The translations under genes and the position numbers were made by a program. Shown here one piece after another: positions 28,949 to 39,344 of a DNA stretch of 39,802 nucleotides; the first letter of the stretch is position 1; the number at the start of each line of letters is the position of its first letter. The notes below the pieces were generated by a model. That model had not been told where the DNA came from, ran no database searches, and saw only the letters and a list, made by a program, of their open reading frames with translations. Origin of the DNA: Candidatus Poseidoniales archaeon (GTDB lineage: Archaea; Thermoplasmatota; Poseidoniia; MGIII; CG-Epi1); contig JBJLCA010000024.1 of assembly GCA_045567915.1 (NCBI GenBank), positions 1-39,802 on the forward strand, in the 5' to 3' direction.

Positions 28949-30133
28949 TTATTCGCCTAAGGCGTCTTTGTAACCTTCGCCGTCTAGCCAAGATTTTGAA
29001 TAGTTTGGATCTTCAACATTTAAGGCATATTTTGCTACTTTCAGAGGATAGTGTGTATCAACCATTACTGCTAATTCATCAGTCCATTTGGCACCGATTG
29101 AAGCTTCATACTTCCCTGGATGTGGGCCATGAGTCAATCCATCAGGATGCAAAGTCATTGAACCAAATTCAACACCTTTTCTAGACATAAATTCTTTCGA
29201 ATCATAATAGATAACTTCGTCTGACATTATGTTAGCATGATTGTAAGGTGCAGGTATTGCATTCTTATCGAAATCAAAAGGCCTTGGACAGAATGAACAG
29301 ACCACAAATCTATCGCTAGCAAATGTTTGGTGAACCGGTGGTGGTTCGTGGATTCTACCTACAATGGGCTCAAAGTCGTGAATACTGAAAGCAAATGGAT
29401 AGTAGTAACCATCCCATCCAACAACATCACAAGGGTGGTGACCTAGTGTAACTTCAGTAAATCTATTTCGCTGTTTTACAATAATTTTGAATTCACCTTT
29501 TTCGTCGTGCGGAACTAGCTCATCAGGCCCCCTAAAATCTCGTTCAGAGTATGGACTTCTTTCAATAATTTGGCCATACTCATTCCTATATCTTTTAGGA
29601 GTTCTTACTTCGCCAGGAGATTCTACAATTAGGAAAGAGTGTTCTTCATCGTTCATTACGTATCTGTGTAAAATCCCTCTTGGAATAACTATGTAGTCTC
29701 CAGATGAATATTTCATATTCCCATAAGCAGTTTCCAGAGTTCCACTTCCTTGGCTGACATAGATTATCTCGTCACCCTGTGCATTACGATAGTAATAATC
29801 ATCATTCTTATCAGGATAACACATCATCATAATAACATCGTTATTGAATAAGAAAGGCTTTCGATCCATAATTGCACTTCCACCTTTGTCAGCTCTGTTA
29901 GTGTAAAAGTGTCTCATTCTTAGACTTTTATCATCATCTTCCTCAAGTGTAAAACTTCCTATTTCTTTTGTTGATAGAACCTCAGTAGGCGGATAAATAT
30001 GGTAAAGAAGTGATGAAGGTCCTACGAATCCTTTATTTCCTTTCAATTCTTCATGATAAATATTTCCATTATCATCTCTAAAAACAGTGTGTCTTTTCTT
30101 AGCTACTTTTCCTAGTTTGTGATATCTGTGCAT
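28949..30133 (-). CDS. hmgA: Homogentisate 1,2-dioxygenase
   Basis: GF.GPSSLLYH, RNAQGDE, HHPCDVVGWDG, GRIHEPPPVHQTF, PYNHANIMSDEVIYY, LHPDGLTHGPHP (His/Glu/His Fe ligands), ELAVMVDT. Confidence 0.95.
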   Translation of the reverse strand: MHRYHKLGKVAKKRHTVFRDDNGNIYHEELKGNKGFVGPSSLLYHIYPPTEVLSTKEIGSFTLEEDDDKSLRMRHFYTNRADKGGSAIMDRKPFLFNNDVIMMMCYPDKNDDYYYRNAQGDEIIYVSQGSGTLETAYGNMKYSSGDYIVIPRGILHRYVMNDEEHSFLIVESPGEVRTPKRYRNEYGQIIERSPYSERDFRGPDELVPHDEKGEFKIIVKQRNRFTEVTLGHHPCDVVGWDGYYYPFAFSIHDFEPIVGRIHEPPPVHQTFASDRFVVCSFCPRPFDFDKNAIPAPYNHANIMSDEVIYYDSKEFMSRKGVEFGSMTLHPDGLTHGPHPGKYEASIGAKWTDELAVMVDTHYPLKVAKYALNVEDPNYSKSWLDGEGYKDALGE

Positions 30134-31221
30134 TATAGATTACCTCTTTCGGCTTGGTGTCTTTCAATCGCTTCAAATAATGCTTTGAAATTTCCAATTC
30201 CAAAGCCTTTTGATCCTTTTCTTTGAATAACTTCATAGAAAACAGTAGGCCTGTCTTCTACTGGTTTTGTAAATAGTTGCAACAAATATCCTTCGTCATC
30301 TCGGTCCACTAAAATTTTCAATTTTCTTAGAACTTCGATATCTTCATCAATTACTCCTACTCTCTTAGTTAAATCTTCATAGTAAGTATCTGGAACTTCT
30401 AAAAATTCAACCCCATTTTGCTTTAATTTCTTTATTGTTTCGATAATATCGCTTGTCAGGAGAGCTATGTGTTGAACACCAGGTCCATCGTAAAAATCTA
30501 AATATTCATCAATCTGGGATTTCTTTTTACCTTCAGCAGGCTCATTTATTGGAAATTTTATTCTTCCATTATCACTTTCCATTACTTTTGACATAAGTGC
30601 AGAATATTCAGTAGCAATATCCTCATCACTAAATGCTTGAATTTGTGAGAATCCCATTACGTCTGCGTAAAAATTAACCCAATGTTCCATTTTCCCTAGT
30701 TCTACATTTCCAACAATATGATCAATGTATTTTAGCCCAACATTGTTACCTTCTACTTTATTTTCTATAAATCCAGGTAAGAAAGGTCCATTGTAATCAT
30801 CATGTGATATGAAAGAGTGCAAGGTTTCTCCATAAGTAAAAATTGAAGCTTTTGTAACACTTCCATTTTCATCACTTAATGTTTCAGGCTCACGAGCACT
30901 CTTAGCTCCGCGAGCTATACAAGCTTCGTAACATTTCTTTGCGTCATCTACATGAAATGCAATATCTTTTACTCCATCACCATGTCTTCGAATGTGCTCA
31001 GCCAATTCATTATTTCCATTCAAAGGAGTAGAAAATACCATTTTGATTCTACCCTGTTGTAGCACGTAGCTAGCTTTTTCTCTGTCGCCGGTTTCTAATC
31101 CCGAGTAAGCGATTTGATTATATCCAAATGCTTTCCTGTAATAGTAGGCAGCTTGCTTTGCATTACCCACATAAAACTCGACATGATGTACGGCTTTAAG
31201 TGGAACTGGGTCTTTACTCAT
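30133..31221 (-). CDS. hppD: 4-hydroxyphenylpyruvate dioxygenase
   Basis: [71 protein letters not shown]...RGNL. ATG at 31221 (alternative GTG at 31230). Confidence 0.97.
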   Translation of the reverse strand: MSKDPVPLKAVHHVEFYVGNAKQAAYYYRKAFGYNQIAYSGLETGDREKASYVLQQGRIKMVFSTPLNGNNELAEHIRRHGDGVKDIAFHVDDAKKCYEACIARGAKSAREPETLSDENGSVTKASIFTYGETLHSFISHDDYNGPFLPGFIENKVEGNNVGLKYIDHIVGNVELGKMEHWVNFYADVMGFSQIQAFSDEDIATEYSALMSKVMESDNGRIKFPINEPAEGKKKSQIDEYLDFYDGPGVQHIALLTSDIIETIKKLKQNGVEFLEVPDTYYEDLTKRVGVIDEDIEVLRKLKILVDRDDEGYLLQLFTKPVEDRPTVFYEVIQRKGSKGFGIGNFKALFEAIERHQAERGNL

Positions 31222-31238
31222 TATTTTCACATCTTAGG

Positions 31239-31287
31239 AACAAATGTCCTTTGTTAACAGTGGGCAAAAAAAGTACGCATTATTAAA
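31239..31287 (-). promoter_or_regulatory. Promoter of the hppD operon with a downstream inverted repeat
   Basis: TTTAATAA (31287-31280) and AACAAA-N5-TTTGTT (31239-31255). A minus-strand T7 tract (31266-31272) may terminate the upstream gene. Confidence 0.5.
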
Positions 31288-31294
31288 GTCTTCT

Positions 31295-33343
31295 TCAGGC
31301 ACTATCTTGGAAATAAGTTTCCCAATTATAATTATATGCAAAATCAGATACAGGGTCGTTAGATTCCAAAATTATTTCCCAATCTCCGACCATATCTCCT
31401 TCAATTACTTCTTCTTCGATAAATAGTTGTTCATTGTTTGCTAGCGAATAACTTTCTTCGAATATAACTCCAGATGGTGATGTAATTGTAAGTGTAATAT
31501 CAGATTCAATTCCGACAAGTCCATTTTGTCCAGTCAAATTAATATAAAAGTGTATATTTTTCACATACGGATTTATTGTTGATAAAATAACTTCTTCATC
31601 ACCACCATCCACTTCACCCTCGCCATTTTCTTTGTGGTTTATTCTAATCTCTTGGAATGCTACACTTTGCCGATCTTCTGCATCTTTGGCAGTTAAAACA
31701 ACAAAATAGAGTCCACCTTGAGACCAATTATGTTGCACTTTCTCGCCAACTGCAGTATTTCCATCACCAAAGTCCCATTCGTAAGTTATGAAAGCACCCT
31801 CAGATCCAGAAGCATCAAATTCAAATATCTCGTCACTCCAACCTTTAGTTATTGAAGCATCAATGTCAGCATTCAGAGTTACAGGTTCAGTTCCTACTAA
31901 CCTTGGGCCTACGATTTGCCAGATAATTAGGAAAAGAACAGTTATTGCTAATAAACTGACTAATCTATCTACAATTTCTTCCTTTCTTTCAGCAGTCATA
32001 CTGCTTCTAACTTTTCCAAGCATTCCAGTCACTCCGTCGGCAAAAATGAATCCGCCGTCAAGTGGAACTGCAGGAAGGGCATTAGTTAGCCCGACCATTA
32101 AATTTAACCAAAAAATCCAATAAAATGAATTGGCTAAAATCCAAAATGTGCTATCTGGGATAACTCCTACCAGGCCTGTAGGTGCGAAAAGAGAAGTGAA
32201 ATGTTCAGGGAATGGCTGTAATTTTTGGAAAGGTAGTGTGATATATTGTAACATGTTACCGCCAGAACTACCAGGATTGGACAAACTATCGGCTATAACT
32301 TCGGGATTAACAACCGCAATGCCCATGAATCCTTTTCCAGACATCCAAGTTTCGTAAGCATCAGGGTAATATTTCAGATAATAACTTCCCTTGTCAGATA
32401 AAGTTACTTGATATATTTCAGGATTTCCTTTATTCAGAACAGAAACATTAACGACTTGTCCCGCGTAAGTTTCATTCATTACATTAGAGAAATCTTCTGA
32501 GTTTGAAACGATTTGATCATTTACTTCAGTTATTAACATCCAAGGCTCAAGTCCAGCCTCTTCACCACCATAGTCTAGAACAACATTGGCTGAAAGCACT
32601 CCGTCACTAGATGGTTCTAACGAAGCAACCATAACGGAAGAAAATAAGAAAGAGAAAATTATTGCAATAACCATATTGCTTCCAGGCCCTGCAGCATAGA
32701 GTCTCATACGTTCCCATTTTTTCATGCTTTTCATTTCTTCTTCGTCAGGCTCTACAAATGCACCTACAGGAAAGAAAAACATTAGTAATCCCAATGCTTT
32801 AACTTTTACGTTAGCAACTCTACTTAGGATTCCGTGACTAAATTCATGAACTACCATAGCAATTACTAATGCTAAAATACCATACCACAAAGGAATTACG
32901 GGATTCAATCCAGGTAATCCAATCATCATTTTAGGAGACACAGAGGCACTTTTTGGAATCTGCCAAGCTAGTGTAGCTTGCCAAAGTAACAGGAAAAACA
33001 TAAAAATCATAATAAAAAATACAGTTACAACCCAAACATCACCTACTTTCCTCCAAAATAATTTATATTTTGATATTTTTTCAATAAAGTCTTTACCCCA
33101 ATCAGTTCTCCACATTAAGAATGAGCGTCCCCAAACTAGTTCCATGTTATTTCTTTCTAAATACCCTTCATTATCAGCCCATCTTGCACCAGTTATCCAA
33201 GCAATTAGGAACAAAGCAAAAGTATACCAGCCTAAGAATAAACAAAAAGTTAGTACTATCAAAAACTGACTATGTCTACGAATAAGAACTTCTGCAGGCA
33301 TTCCAGTTAGTGTAGGCTCAATCTTTTCTTCTTCTTCAGCCAC
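31295..33343 (-). CDS. Site-2 protease (peptidase M50) with PDZ and C-terminal PKD domains
   Basis: VVHEFSHG (HExxH), GAFVEPD, AAGPGSN, NALPAVPLDGG, a PDZ-like insert, and FDASGS..YEWDFGDG (PKD). GTG start. Confidence 0.93.
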   Translation of the reverse strand: MAEEEEKIEPTLTGMPAEVLIRRHSQFLIVLTFCLFLGWYTFALFLIAWITGARWADNEGYLERNNMELVWGRSFLMWRTDWGKDFIEKISKYKLFWRKVGDVWVVTVFFIMIFMFFLLLWQATLAWQIPKSASVSPKMMIGLPGLNPVIPLWYGILALVIAMVVHEFSHGILSRVANVKVKALGLLMFFFPVGAFVEPDEEEMKSMKKWERMRLYAAGPGSNMVIAIIFSFLFSSVMVASLEPSSDGVLSANVVLDYGGEEAGLEPWMLITEVNDQIVSNSEDFSNVMNETYAGQVVNVSVLNKGNPEIYQVTLSDKGSYYLKYYPDAYETWMSGKGFMGIAVVNPEVIADSLSNPGSSGGNMLQYITLPFQKLQPFPEHFTSLFAPTGLVGVIPDSTFWILANSFYWIFWLNLMVGLTNALPAVPLDGGFIFADGVTGMLGKVRSSMTAERKEEIVDRLVSLLAITVLFLIIWQIVGPRLVGTEPVTLNADIDASITKGWSDEIFEFDASGSEGAFITYEWDFGDGNTAVGEKVQHNWSQGGLYFVVLTAKDAEDRQSVAFQEIRINHKENGEGEVDGGDEEVILSTINPYVKNIHFYINLTGQNGLVGIESDITLTITSPSGVIFEESYSLANNEQLFIEEEVIEGDMVGDWEIILESNDPVSDFAYNYNWETYFQDSA

Positions 33344-33391
33344 GTATTGTATTCCACACGGGGCTTTATTTAACCTCCATTATGGAGCTCA

Positions 33392-34084
33392 ATGGCCAAG
33401 AAGAAAGGTAAACGTGAGGAAGGCTTCACATTTCCAGAATTCGATAAAGATGAATTTCGTCAGAAGGAACTGAGAGATTCTAAGGTCATTTTGTTTGCTG
33501 TATTCTATGCATTAGTTATCGCAGTAATATCTTATTATCTTGTTAGAATGACAAGTTTAGAAAGATCCGTAATGCTGCTTGGGTTTATTGCACCATTTGG
33601 TTTAATCAAAATTTTACCTTTAATCGTAGATACTAGTGAATTCGAAAGGAAAAATTGGTTTGGGCCTATGTTTATGTCATTCTTAGCTTGGCTAGGTTTG
33701 TTCATATTATTTTCTAATCCTCCTTTCAACGATATATCAAATCCTGAATTTGGAGTTAATGAAGTATACATAGAAGAGGATGGCCAATGGAATTTGACAA
33801 CCGAAATAGGTTCAGATACTCCTTTTGTTTTGGTTGTATCTGTAAAAGATAACTGGAAAATTGATAATGTTTTAGTGAGTGCTAACAAAGGAGGTAGTGG
33901 ATTCATGAGTACAACTGCTATGAGTGAATTAGGGTCTGGTAATTCATTTAATATCAGTGGAGAGCATAGGTATTACTACTATTTTGAACAAGGTTTAGAT
34001 GCTGAAGCTTATTCATTTACATTTACTGCAAAAGATGAAGAAGGTAATAGTGCAATAGCAAAGACAAGTATTTCTATAGTTTAG
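33392..34084 (+). CDS. Hypothetical membrane protein (3-4 TMs plus C-terminal Ig-like beta domain)
   Basis: F.FPEFD.DEF..KE N-terminus, TMs, then VKDNW.I..V...Y.FTFTAKD.EGN. Divergent from the M50 gene. Stop overlaps the mutS stop. Confidence 0.75.
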   Translation: MAKKKGKREEGFTFPEFDKDEFRQKELRDSKVILFAVFYALVIAVISYYLVRMTSLERSVMLLGFIAPFGLIKILPLIVDTSEFERKNWFGPMFMSFLAWLGLFILFSNPPFNDISNPEFGVNEVYIEEDGQWNLTTEIGSDTPFVLVVSVKDNWKIDNVLVSANKGGSGFMSTTAMSELGSGNSFNISGEHRYYYYFEQGLDAEAYSFTFTAKDEEGNSAIAKTSISIV

Positions 34085-36642
34085 AGCAACTTTTGCTGTA
34101 TTTCATGTAACTTTTCTAAAGCTTGTAATGGTGTTAAATTCATCAAGTCCATTTTCTTTATTTCATCAACAACAGGGTTTTGCTTTGTTTCAGTTCTTCC
34201 TCCGAAATCAGTTGAGAATACAGACTGCACAGGTCCTGCCTTAGAAACTTCAATAGTAGAACCTTCTTCCAAATTATTGAGAACCTTACGTGCCCTTTCA
34301 AGAACTTCTTCAGGCACTCCGGCCATTTTTGCAACGTGAATACCAAAAGAAGCGTCAGTAGGTCCTTCGGCAACACGATGCATGAGTGTTAGTTCATGAC
34401 CATCTTCTTTTGCTTGCATATGACAATTTACAGATTTATCCAGAATCTTTGAGACGTCAGTAAGTTGGTGGTAGTGTGTTGCAAACAATGTTTTCACACC
34501 TTTTCCAGCGTGCAATTGTTCAGCGACAGCCCACGCAAGAGCTAACCCATCGAAAGTAGAAGTTCCTCTTCCGATTTCATCTAATAAAACTAAACTGTTT
34601 GGTGTAGCATTTCGTAAAATATTAGCTAACTCTAACATTTCAACCATAAAAGTAGAATGGCCATGGACTAAATCGTCATGAGCTCCAACTCTAGTAAATA
34701 CGCGATCAACCATACCTAATCTTGCAGATGATGCAGGAACAAAGCAACCTGATTGAGCCATTACTGAAATCAATGCAGTTTGACGCATGTAGGTAGACTT
34801 ACCTCCCATATTTGGTCCAGTCAGAATCATCAGTTGTCTTTGTTTATTATCTAATTGTAGGCTGTTTGGAATGTAATTTCCTTCTCTTAATACTTCAATA
34901 ACAGGATGTCTTCCATCCGAAATTGATAAAGCTCCATCATCAGACATTTCTGGTCTTACATAATTATTAGACTGACTTACTTCTGCCATTGAGCAAATAC
35001 CATCAATTTTGGATACAGCAATTGTAGTTGCTTGTAAAGAACCTAAGAAATCCATAATCCATTCCCTTAATTCTTTGAACAGTTCAGTTTCTAATGCTTG
35101 TGATCTTTCATCAGCCCTTAGAATTGAAGTTTCTTTTTCTTTCAATTCAGGAGTAATGTATCTGTCACCCGCTGCAACAGTTTGTTTTCGGTGGTAATGT
35201 TCTGGAACTTTTTTGGCATATGCTTTTGGCACTTCTAGGTAATATCCGAATACACGATTGTAGCCTACTTTGATTTTGGGAATTCCAGTTTTAGTCTTCT
35301 CTTCAGTTTCTAAGGCTACAACCCATTCACGACCACTACTTGCCCTTGCTCTCAAATCATCTAATTCCTTAGAATATCCTTTTTTGAATATTCCACCATC
35401 TCTCAAAACTAAAGGCGGCTCTTCAACAAGAGCTTCTTCTAATTTTTTTGAAACTTGCTTGTGGGTATCTATTGATTTTACAAGTCTTTTCATTAATTTT
35501 GACTTCAAAGGTTCTTCACTTAGGAATTGTTTCAAATCTTTTAATGTGTTCAAACTGATTCTTAGACTATCGAGATCTCTAGGTGATATTGATCCATGCC
35601 CTAATCTAGATACTAATCGTTCAACATCTTGGAATCCCTTCAGTATATCCTTTATTTCGCGACGACTCAAGGTATTATCGAATAACTCTTGAACTGCTTC
35701 ATGCCTCTCATTTAATTTCTTTAAGTCATGTAGAGGTCGAAGTAACCAATCTTTTAACTTTCTTGACCCTCCTGCGGTTGAAGTCCTATTTAGAATTGCA
35801 AATAGAGTGTCTTTAGAGGAATCTCCAATTGTCTTGACAATTTCTAGATTTCTTAAGGTTACAGCATCTAGAGTCATCGTTTTTGCCTTTATCAATAATG
35901 AGGGAGGCCTCAGATGCGGCAAATCACTAAATTGTGTATCTTTAACATATGATAGAATAGCTCCAGCAGAAGTTATTGCCATTGGATAAGTATTCAGCTC
36001 AGAGACACTTCCAAACCTTTCTTCAAGGATTTTTTTAGCTACTGGGTAAGCCCAAGAATCAGATTCTCTTGGTGTGGTATTCACACCCATCGCCATCATC
36101 CAGTTTGAAATATTTTCATTTTCACTAGGAATGATGACTTCAGTGGGTGAATATCGAGCCATCTCAGATTCCAAAGACTCTCTGTCTTTGAATTGAGCAG
36201 TCGAGAATTCACCAGTTGAGATGTCCATTATAGAAAAACCTAAACCATCATCAGTTTCATTGATTGCAGCTAAGAAATTATTAGATTTACTTAGCATTGA
36301 ACCTTCTACAACAGTTCCAGGACTAACCACTCTGGTAACTCCTCTTCTCACTAATCCTTTAGCACCCTTAGGATCTTCTAGCTGTTCACATATTGCAACG
36401 CGATGTCCTTTTTTGATTAATTTACTAAGGTAATTATCCAAAGCGTGGTAAGGAACTCCAGCTAATGGTATAGGATTGTCTGAATTTTTGTCACGAGCAG
36501 TAAGAGAAATTCCGACATCTTTTGCAACAATTTTGGCGTCGTCTCCGAACGTTTCATAAAAATCCCCCATTCTGAATAATAGAATTGAGTCTGGATTTTC
36601 TCGTTTTATGGCGTGATACTGACGCATCATGGGAGTTGACAA
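34081..36642 (-). CDS. mutS: DNA mismatch repair protein MutS (MutS1)
   Basis: TPMMRQY, FRMGDFYE (mismatch-binding Phe-x-Glu), LTGPNMGGKST (Walker A), STFMVEM, LDEIGRGTST, FATHYH, SFGIHVA. Confidence 0.97.
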   Translation of the reverse strand: MSTPMMRQYHAIKRENPDSILLFRMGDFYETFGDDAKIVAKDVGISLTARDKNSDNPIPLAGVPYHALDNYLSKLIKKGHRVAICEQLEDPKGAKGLVRRGVTRVVSPGTVVEGSMLSKSNNFLAAINETDDGLGFSIMDISTGEFSTAQFKDRESLESEMARYSPTEVIIPSENENISNWMMAMGVNTTPRESDSWAYPVAKKILEERFGSVSELNTYPMAITSAGAILSYVKDTQFSDLPHLRPPSLLIKAKTMTLDAVTLRNLEIVKTIGDSSKDTLFAILNRTSTAGGSRKLKDWLLRPLHDLKKLNERHEAVQELFDNTLSRREIKDILKGFQDVERLVSRLGHGSISPRDLDSLRISLNTLKDLKQFLSEEPLKSKLMKRLVKSIDTHKQVSKKLEEALVEEPPLVLRDGGIFKKGYSKELDDLRARASSGREWVVALETEEKTKTGIPKIKVGYNRVFGYYLEVPKAYAKKVPEHYHRKQTVAAGDRYITPELKEKETSILRADERSQALETELFKELREWIMDFLGSLQATTIAVSKIDGICSMAEVSQSNNYVRPEMSDDGALSISDGRHPVIEVLREGNYIPNSLQLDNKQRQLMILTGPNMGGKSTYMRQTALISVMAQSGCFVPASSARLGMVDRVFTRVGAHDDLVHGHSTFMVEMLELANILRNATPNSLVLLDEIGRGTSTFDGLALAWAVAEQLHAGKGVKTLFATHYHQLTDVSKILDKSVNCHMQAKEDGHELTLMHRVAEGPTDASFGIHVAKMAGVPEEVLERARKVLNNLEEGSTIEVSKAGPVQSVFSTDFGGRTETKQNPVVDEIKKMDLMNLTPLQALEKLHEIQQKLL

Positions 36643-36725
36643 GAAGTAGAGAATAGCATGGTTGTTTTAGATGTTTTGCTAAGTTGCAGGATTAACTTAA
36701 TTAAACACATCGACACGTTTTAGTT

Positions 36726-38750
36726 ATGTCAGCTTCAAAGAAGTACACTAATTTATTGGTGAACTCTACAAGCCCCTATCTTTTGCAGCATGCTCATAAT
36801 CCAGTAGATTGGTATCCTTGGTCTCAAGAAGCTTTAGACATGGCTAAAGAGCAAAACAAACCAATTCTTTTGAGTGTCGGATATTCAGCATGTCATTGGT
36901 GTCACGTAATGGAAAAAGAATCTTTCGAAAACGAGGACACAGCTAAATTGATGAATGAGTTTTATGTTAATATCAAAGTAGATAGAGAAGAAAGACCAGA
37001 TGTTGACGAATCTTACATGTCAGCAACTCAAGTCATGAATCAAGGTCAAGGAGGTTGGCCAATGACAGTTTTCTTGACTCCTGATTTGAAACCATTCTTT
37101 GCAGGAACTTATTTTCCTCCAAAAGATGCGTATGGAAGGCCTGGTTTTCCGACTTTACTTTCTAGTCTTGCTGAATTGTGGCATAAAGATCAGGAAAAAT
37201 TAGTATCTCAGGCAGATACTATAGTTAATCATCTGAATTCAGCTAATAGCGAAAAATCTAAAGTTAGTAGCAATATTTTGAGTAATGCATTGTCACATTG
37301 GAATTCAAACTTTGATAAGAGATGGGGTGGTTTTGGGCAGGCACCTAAGTTTCCAAATTCAGGAGCTATTTTGCACTTACTTAATGACTATAATGTAAAT
37401 GGAAATCAGAATTCTCTGTATTCAGCAGTCAAAACATTAGATTCTATGTTTCAAGGAGGAATCTACGATCATGTTGGTGGAGGTTTTGCTAGATACTCAG
37501 TGGATGAAAAATGGTTAGTTCCACATTTTGAAAAGATGCTCTATGATAATGCGCAACTTATGGAAGCATATCTTGTTGGCTACCAACTTACCAAGAATGA
37601 AGACTACTTGAAAGCTATTTCACAGATATTGGAATGGTTAAAAGATGAAATGATTGACAAAGATGGTGGTTTTTATTCATCTATGGATGCAGATTCAGAA
37701 GGCGTAGAGGGCAAGTATTACGTTTGGAATTCTGAAGAAATAGAAAGTATATTATCGGAAAGCGATGCAAAGATTTTCAATCAATACTATGATATTAGTA
37801 AGTCTGGAAATTGGGAAGGAAATTCAATTCCTAATGTGATAATGAAGAAGTCTTCCCTGTCAACATTATTAAAAATCCCGGAAAGTGAAATTTCATCATC
37901 CTTAGAAAAATCAAGATTAGCCATTAAGAAACATAGAAAATCTAGAATTGCACCAGGTACAGATGACAAAATTATAGTCTCATGGAATGGCTTAATGATT
38001 AGTTCACTAGCCAAAGTTTCAGCCTTTTTAGACGATAAAGAATATTTTGAGATTGCAGATAGGGCCGTGTCATTCATCGTTGATAAAATGTCTAAAGAGG
38101 ATGGTTCTCTAAACCGAGTTTACAGAGATAATTTAAGTCACATAGACGCTTTTGCTGAAGATTATTCCTACTTTGGTAATGCATTGATCGATATGTACGA
38201 AGCTAGTTTTGATTCTAAATACCTTGATTTATCCAAAAAATATGCAGATATTCTAGTAGACAAATTCTTTAATGATGGATATTTCAAACAATCTCTTTCG
38301 AAAAATATGGTCATTAATAGTGTAAATAGTATGGATAATGCTACACCTTCTTACAATTTCACCAGCAGTCTGTTACTCATCAGGCTTCATTATTACTTCG
38401 GAAATGAGAACTACAGAGAAATAGTTGAAGCTTCGATGGAAAAGGCTGGAACTTACATCAACAAATATCCTCATGCACATTCTACAGCTATCTTTGTTAA
38501 TAGATATTTATCAGAAGGACCTCATGAGATTGCCTTGTCGTCTGTTAATGGAGATAATTCATTGCTGAAAGTCATTAGGGAAAAATATTTGCCTTGTAAA
38601 ATAATTGGCGAGTCATCATCACAATTAGATATTCCATTGCTAAAGGATAAAAGACCACTAGGGGGTAAATCTACTGCCTACATTTGTAAAAACTATGCCT
38701 GTCGAGAGCCAGTTACCGACGATGTAGCTTTAAGAAATCAACTGGATTAA
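36726..38750 (+). CDS. Thioredoxin-domain protein, YyaL/SSP411 (SPATA20) family
   Basis: [71 protein letters not shown]. Confidence 0.95.
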   Translation: MSASKKYTNLLVNSTSPYLLQHAHNPVDWYPWSQEALDMAKEQNKPILLSVGYSACHWCHVMEKESFENEDTAKLMNEFYVNIKVDREERPDVDESYMSATQVMNQGQGGWPMTVFLTPDLKPFFAGTYFPPKDAYGRPGFPTLLSSLAELWHKDQEKLVSQADTIVNHLNSANSEKSKVSSNILSNALSHWNSNFDKRWGGFGQAPKFPNSGAILHLLNDYNVNGNQNSLYSAVKTLDSMFQGGIYDHVGGGFARYSVDEKWLVPHFEKMLYDNAQLMEAYLVGYQLTKNEDYLKAISQILEWLKDEMIDKDGGFYSSMDADSEGVEGKYYVWNSEEIESILSESDAKIFNQYYDISKSGNWEGNSIPNVIMKKSSLSTLLKIPESEISSSLEKSRLAIKKHRKSRIAPGTDDKIIVSWNGLMISSLAKVSAFLDDKEYFEIADRAVSFIVDKMSKEDGSLNRVYRDNLSHIDAFAEDYSYFGNALIDMYEASFDSKYLDLSKKYADILVDKFFNDGYFKQSLSKNMVINSVNSMDNATPSYNFTSSLLLIRLHYYFGNENYREIVEASMEKAGTYINKYPHAHSTAIFVNRYLSEGPHEIALSSVNGDNSLLKVIREKYLPCKIIGESSSQLDIPLLKDKRPLGGKSTAYICKNYACREPVTDDVALRNQLD

Positions 38751-38822
38751 ACTTTAGACACTAGTTACAAAAAAGTTGGCACTAGTAATGAAGCTTTATA
38801 TGTAAACAATCGAGGGAATTAT

Positions 38823-39344
38823 ATGAGCAAAATATTGGAAGACAAATTTTTACTTACTGTGATTGTAGCATTCTGTCTTATAAGTTTTCAATTTTCATCA
38901 GTAGAAGTTTCCGCTGAACTCAACGATGATATAGTAGTCATTACAGTAGATAGTACTAATCTTAAGTTTTCACCAAATGAAGTTACAATAAATGAGGGGC
39001 AAACAGTTAGATTTTTCTGGAGTGGAGAATTTTTAGATCACAATGCAGTAGCGATTAATGGTATTTTCAATTCTGGTGAACCGGAAAAAGAAGTAGACTA
39101 TTCCTTTACATTTGATAAAGGAACAAATGATACTTACAATTTTATTTGTGAACCTCACGAATTATTAGAAATGGTAGGGACGATTACTGTAAACCCATCT
39201 AATGATGACAACTCTACTGGATCTAATTCAACAAGTTCGGTTGGTTCTGATCAAGATGATATGTCTTCATCAAGTTCTCTAAGTGGATTTTTGTTTATAC
39301 CTGCTCTCGTTCTAATAATTTTAGTTTCTAGACGCCTTCGTTAA
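38823..39344 (+). CDS. Plastocyanin/azurin-family blue copper protein with signal peptide and C-terminal anchor
   Basis: KFSP..V.I..G.TV.F...HN and F.CEPH...M type-1 copper ligands. Ser-rich linker, then LSGF, hydrophobic stretch and RRLR. Confidence 0.88.
   Translation: MSKILEDKFLLTVIVAFCLISFQFSSVEVSAELNDDIVVITVDSTNLKFSPNEVTINEGQTVRFFWSGEFLDHNAVAINGIFNSGEPEKEVDYSFTFDKGTNDTYNFICEPHELLEMVGTITVNPSNDDNSTGSNSTSSVGSDQDDMSSSSSLSGFLFIPALVLIILVSRRLR

Noticed and set aside
28944-28991. Arg-rich MARRRRLQRR N-terminus of orfX suggesting a Tat signal
   Set aside because: It comes from an upstream TTG overlapping the end of hmgA. The real start is most likely ATG 28943, and no hydrophobic region follows.
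19532-38077. Numerous short antisense or alternate-frame ORFs inside aglB, fahA, hmgA, M50, mutS and yyaL
   Set aside because: They are shadow ORFs of long, well-supported genes, with no recognisable motifs or independent expression signals.
34081-39344. 4-bp overlaps of convergent stop codons (34081-34084, 39341-39344)
   Set aside because: This is a common consequence of compact AT-rich genomes and gives no evidence of antisense regulation.
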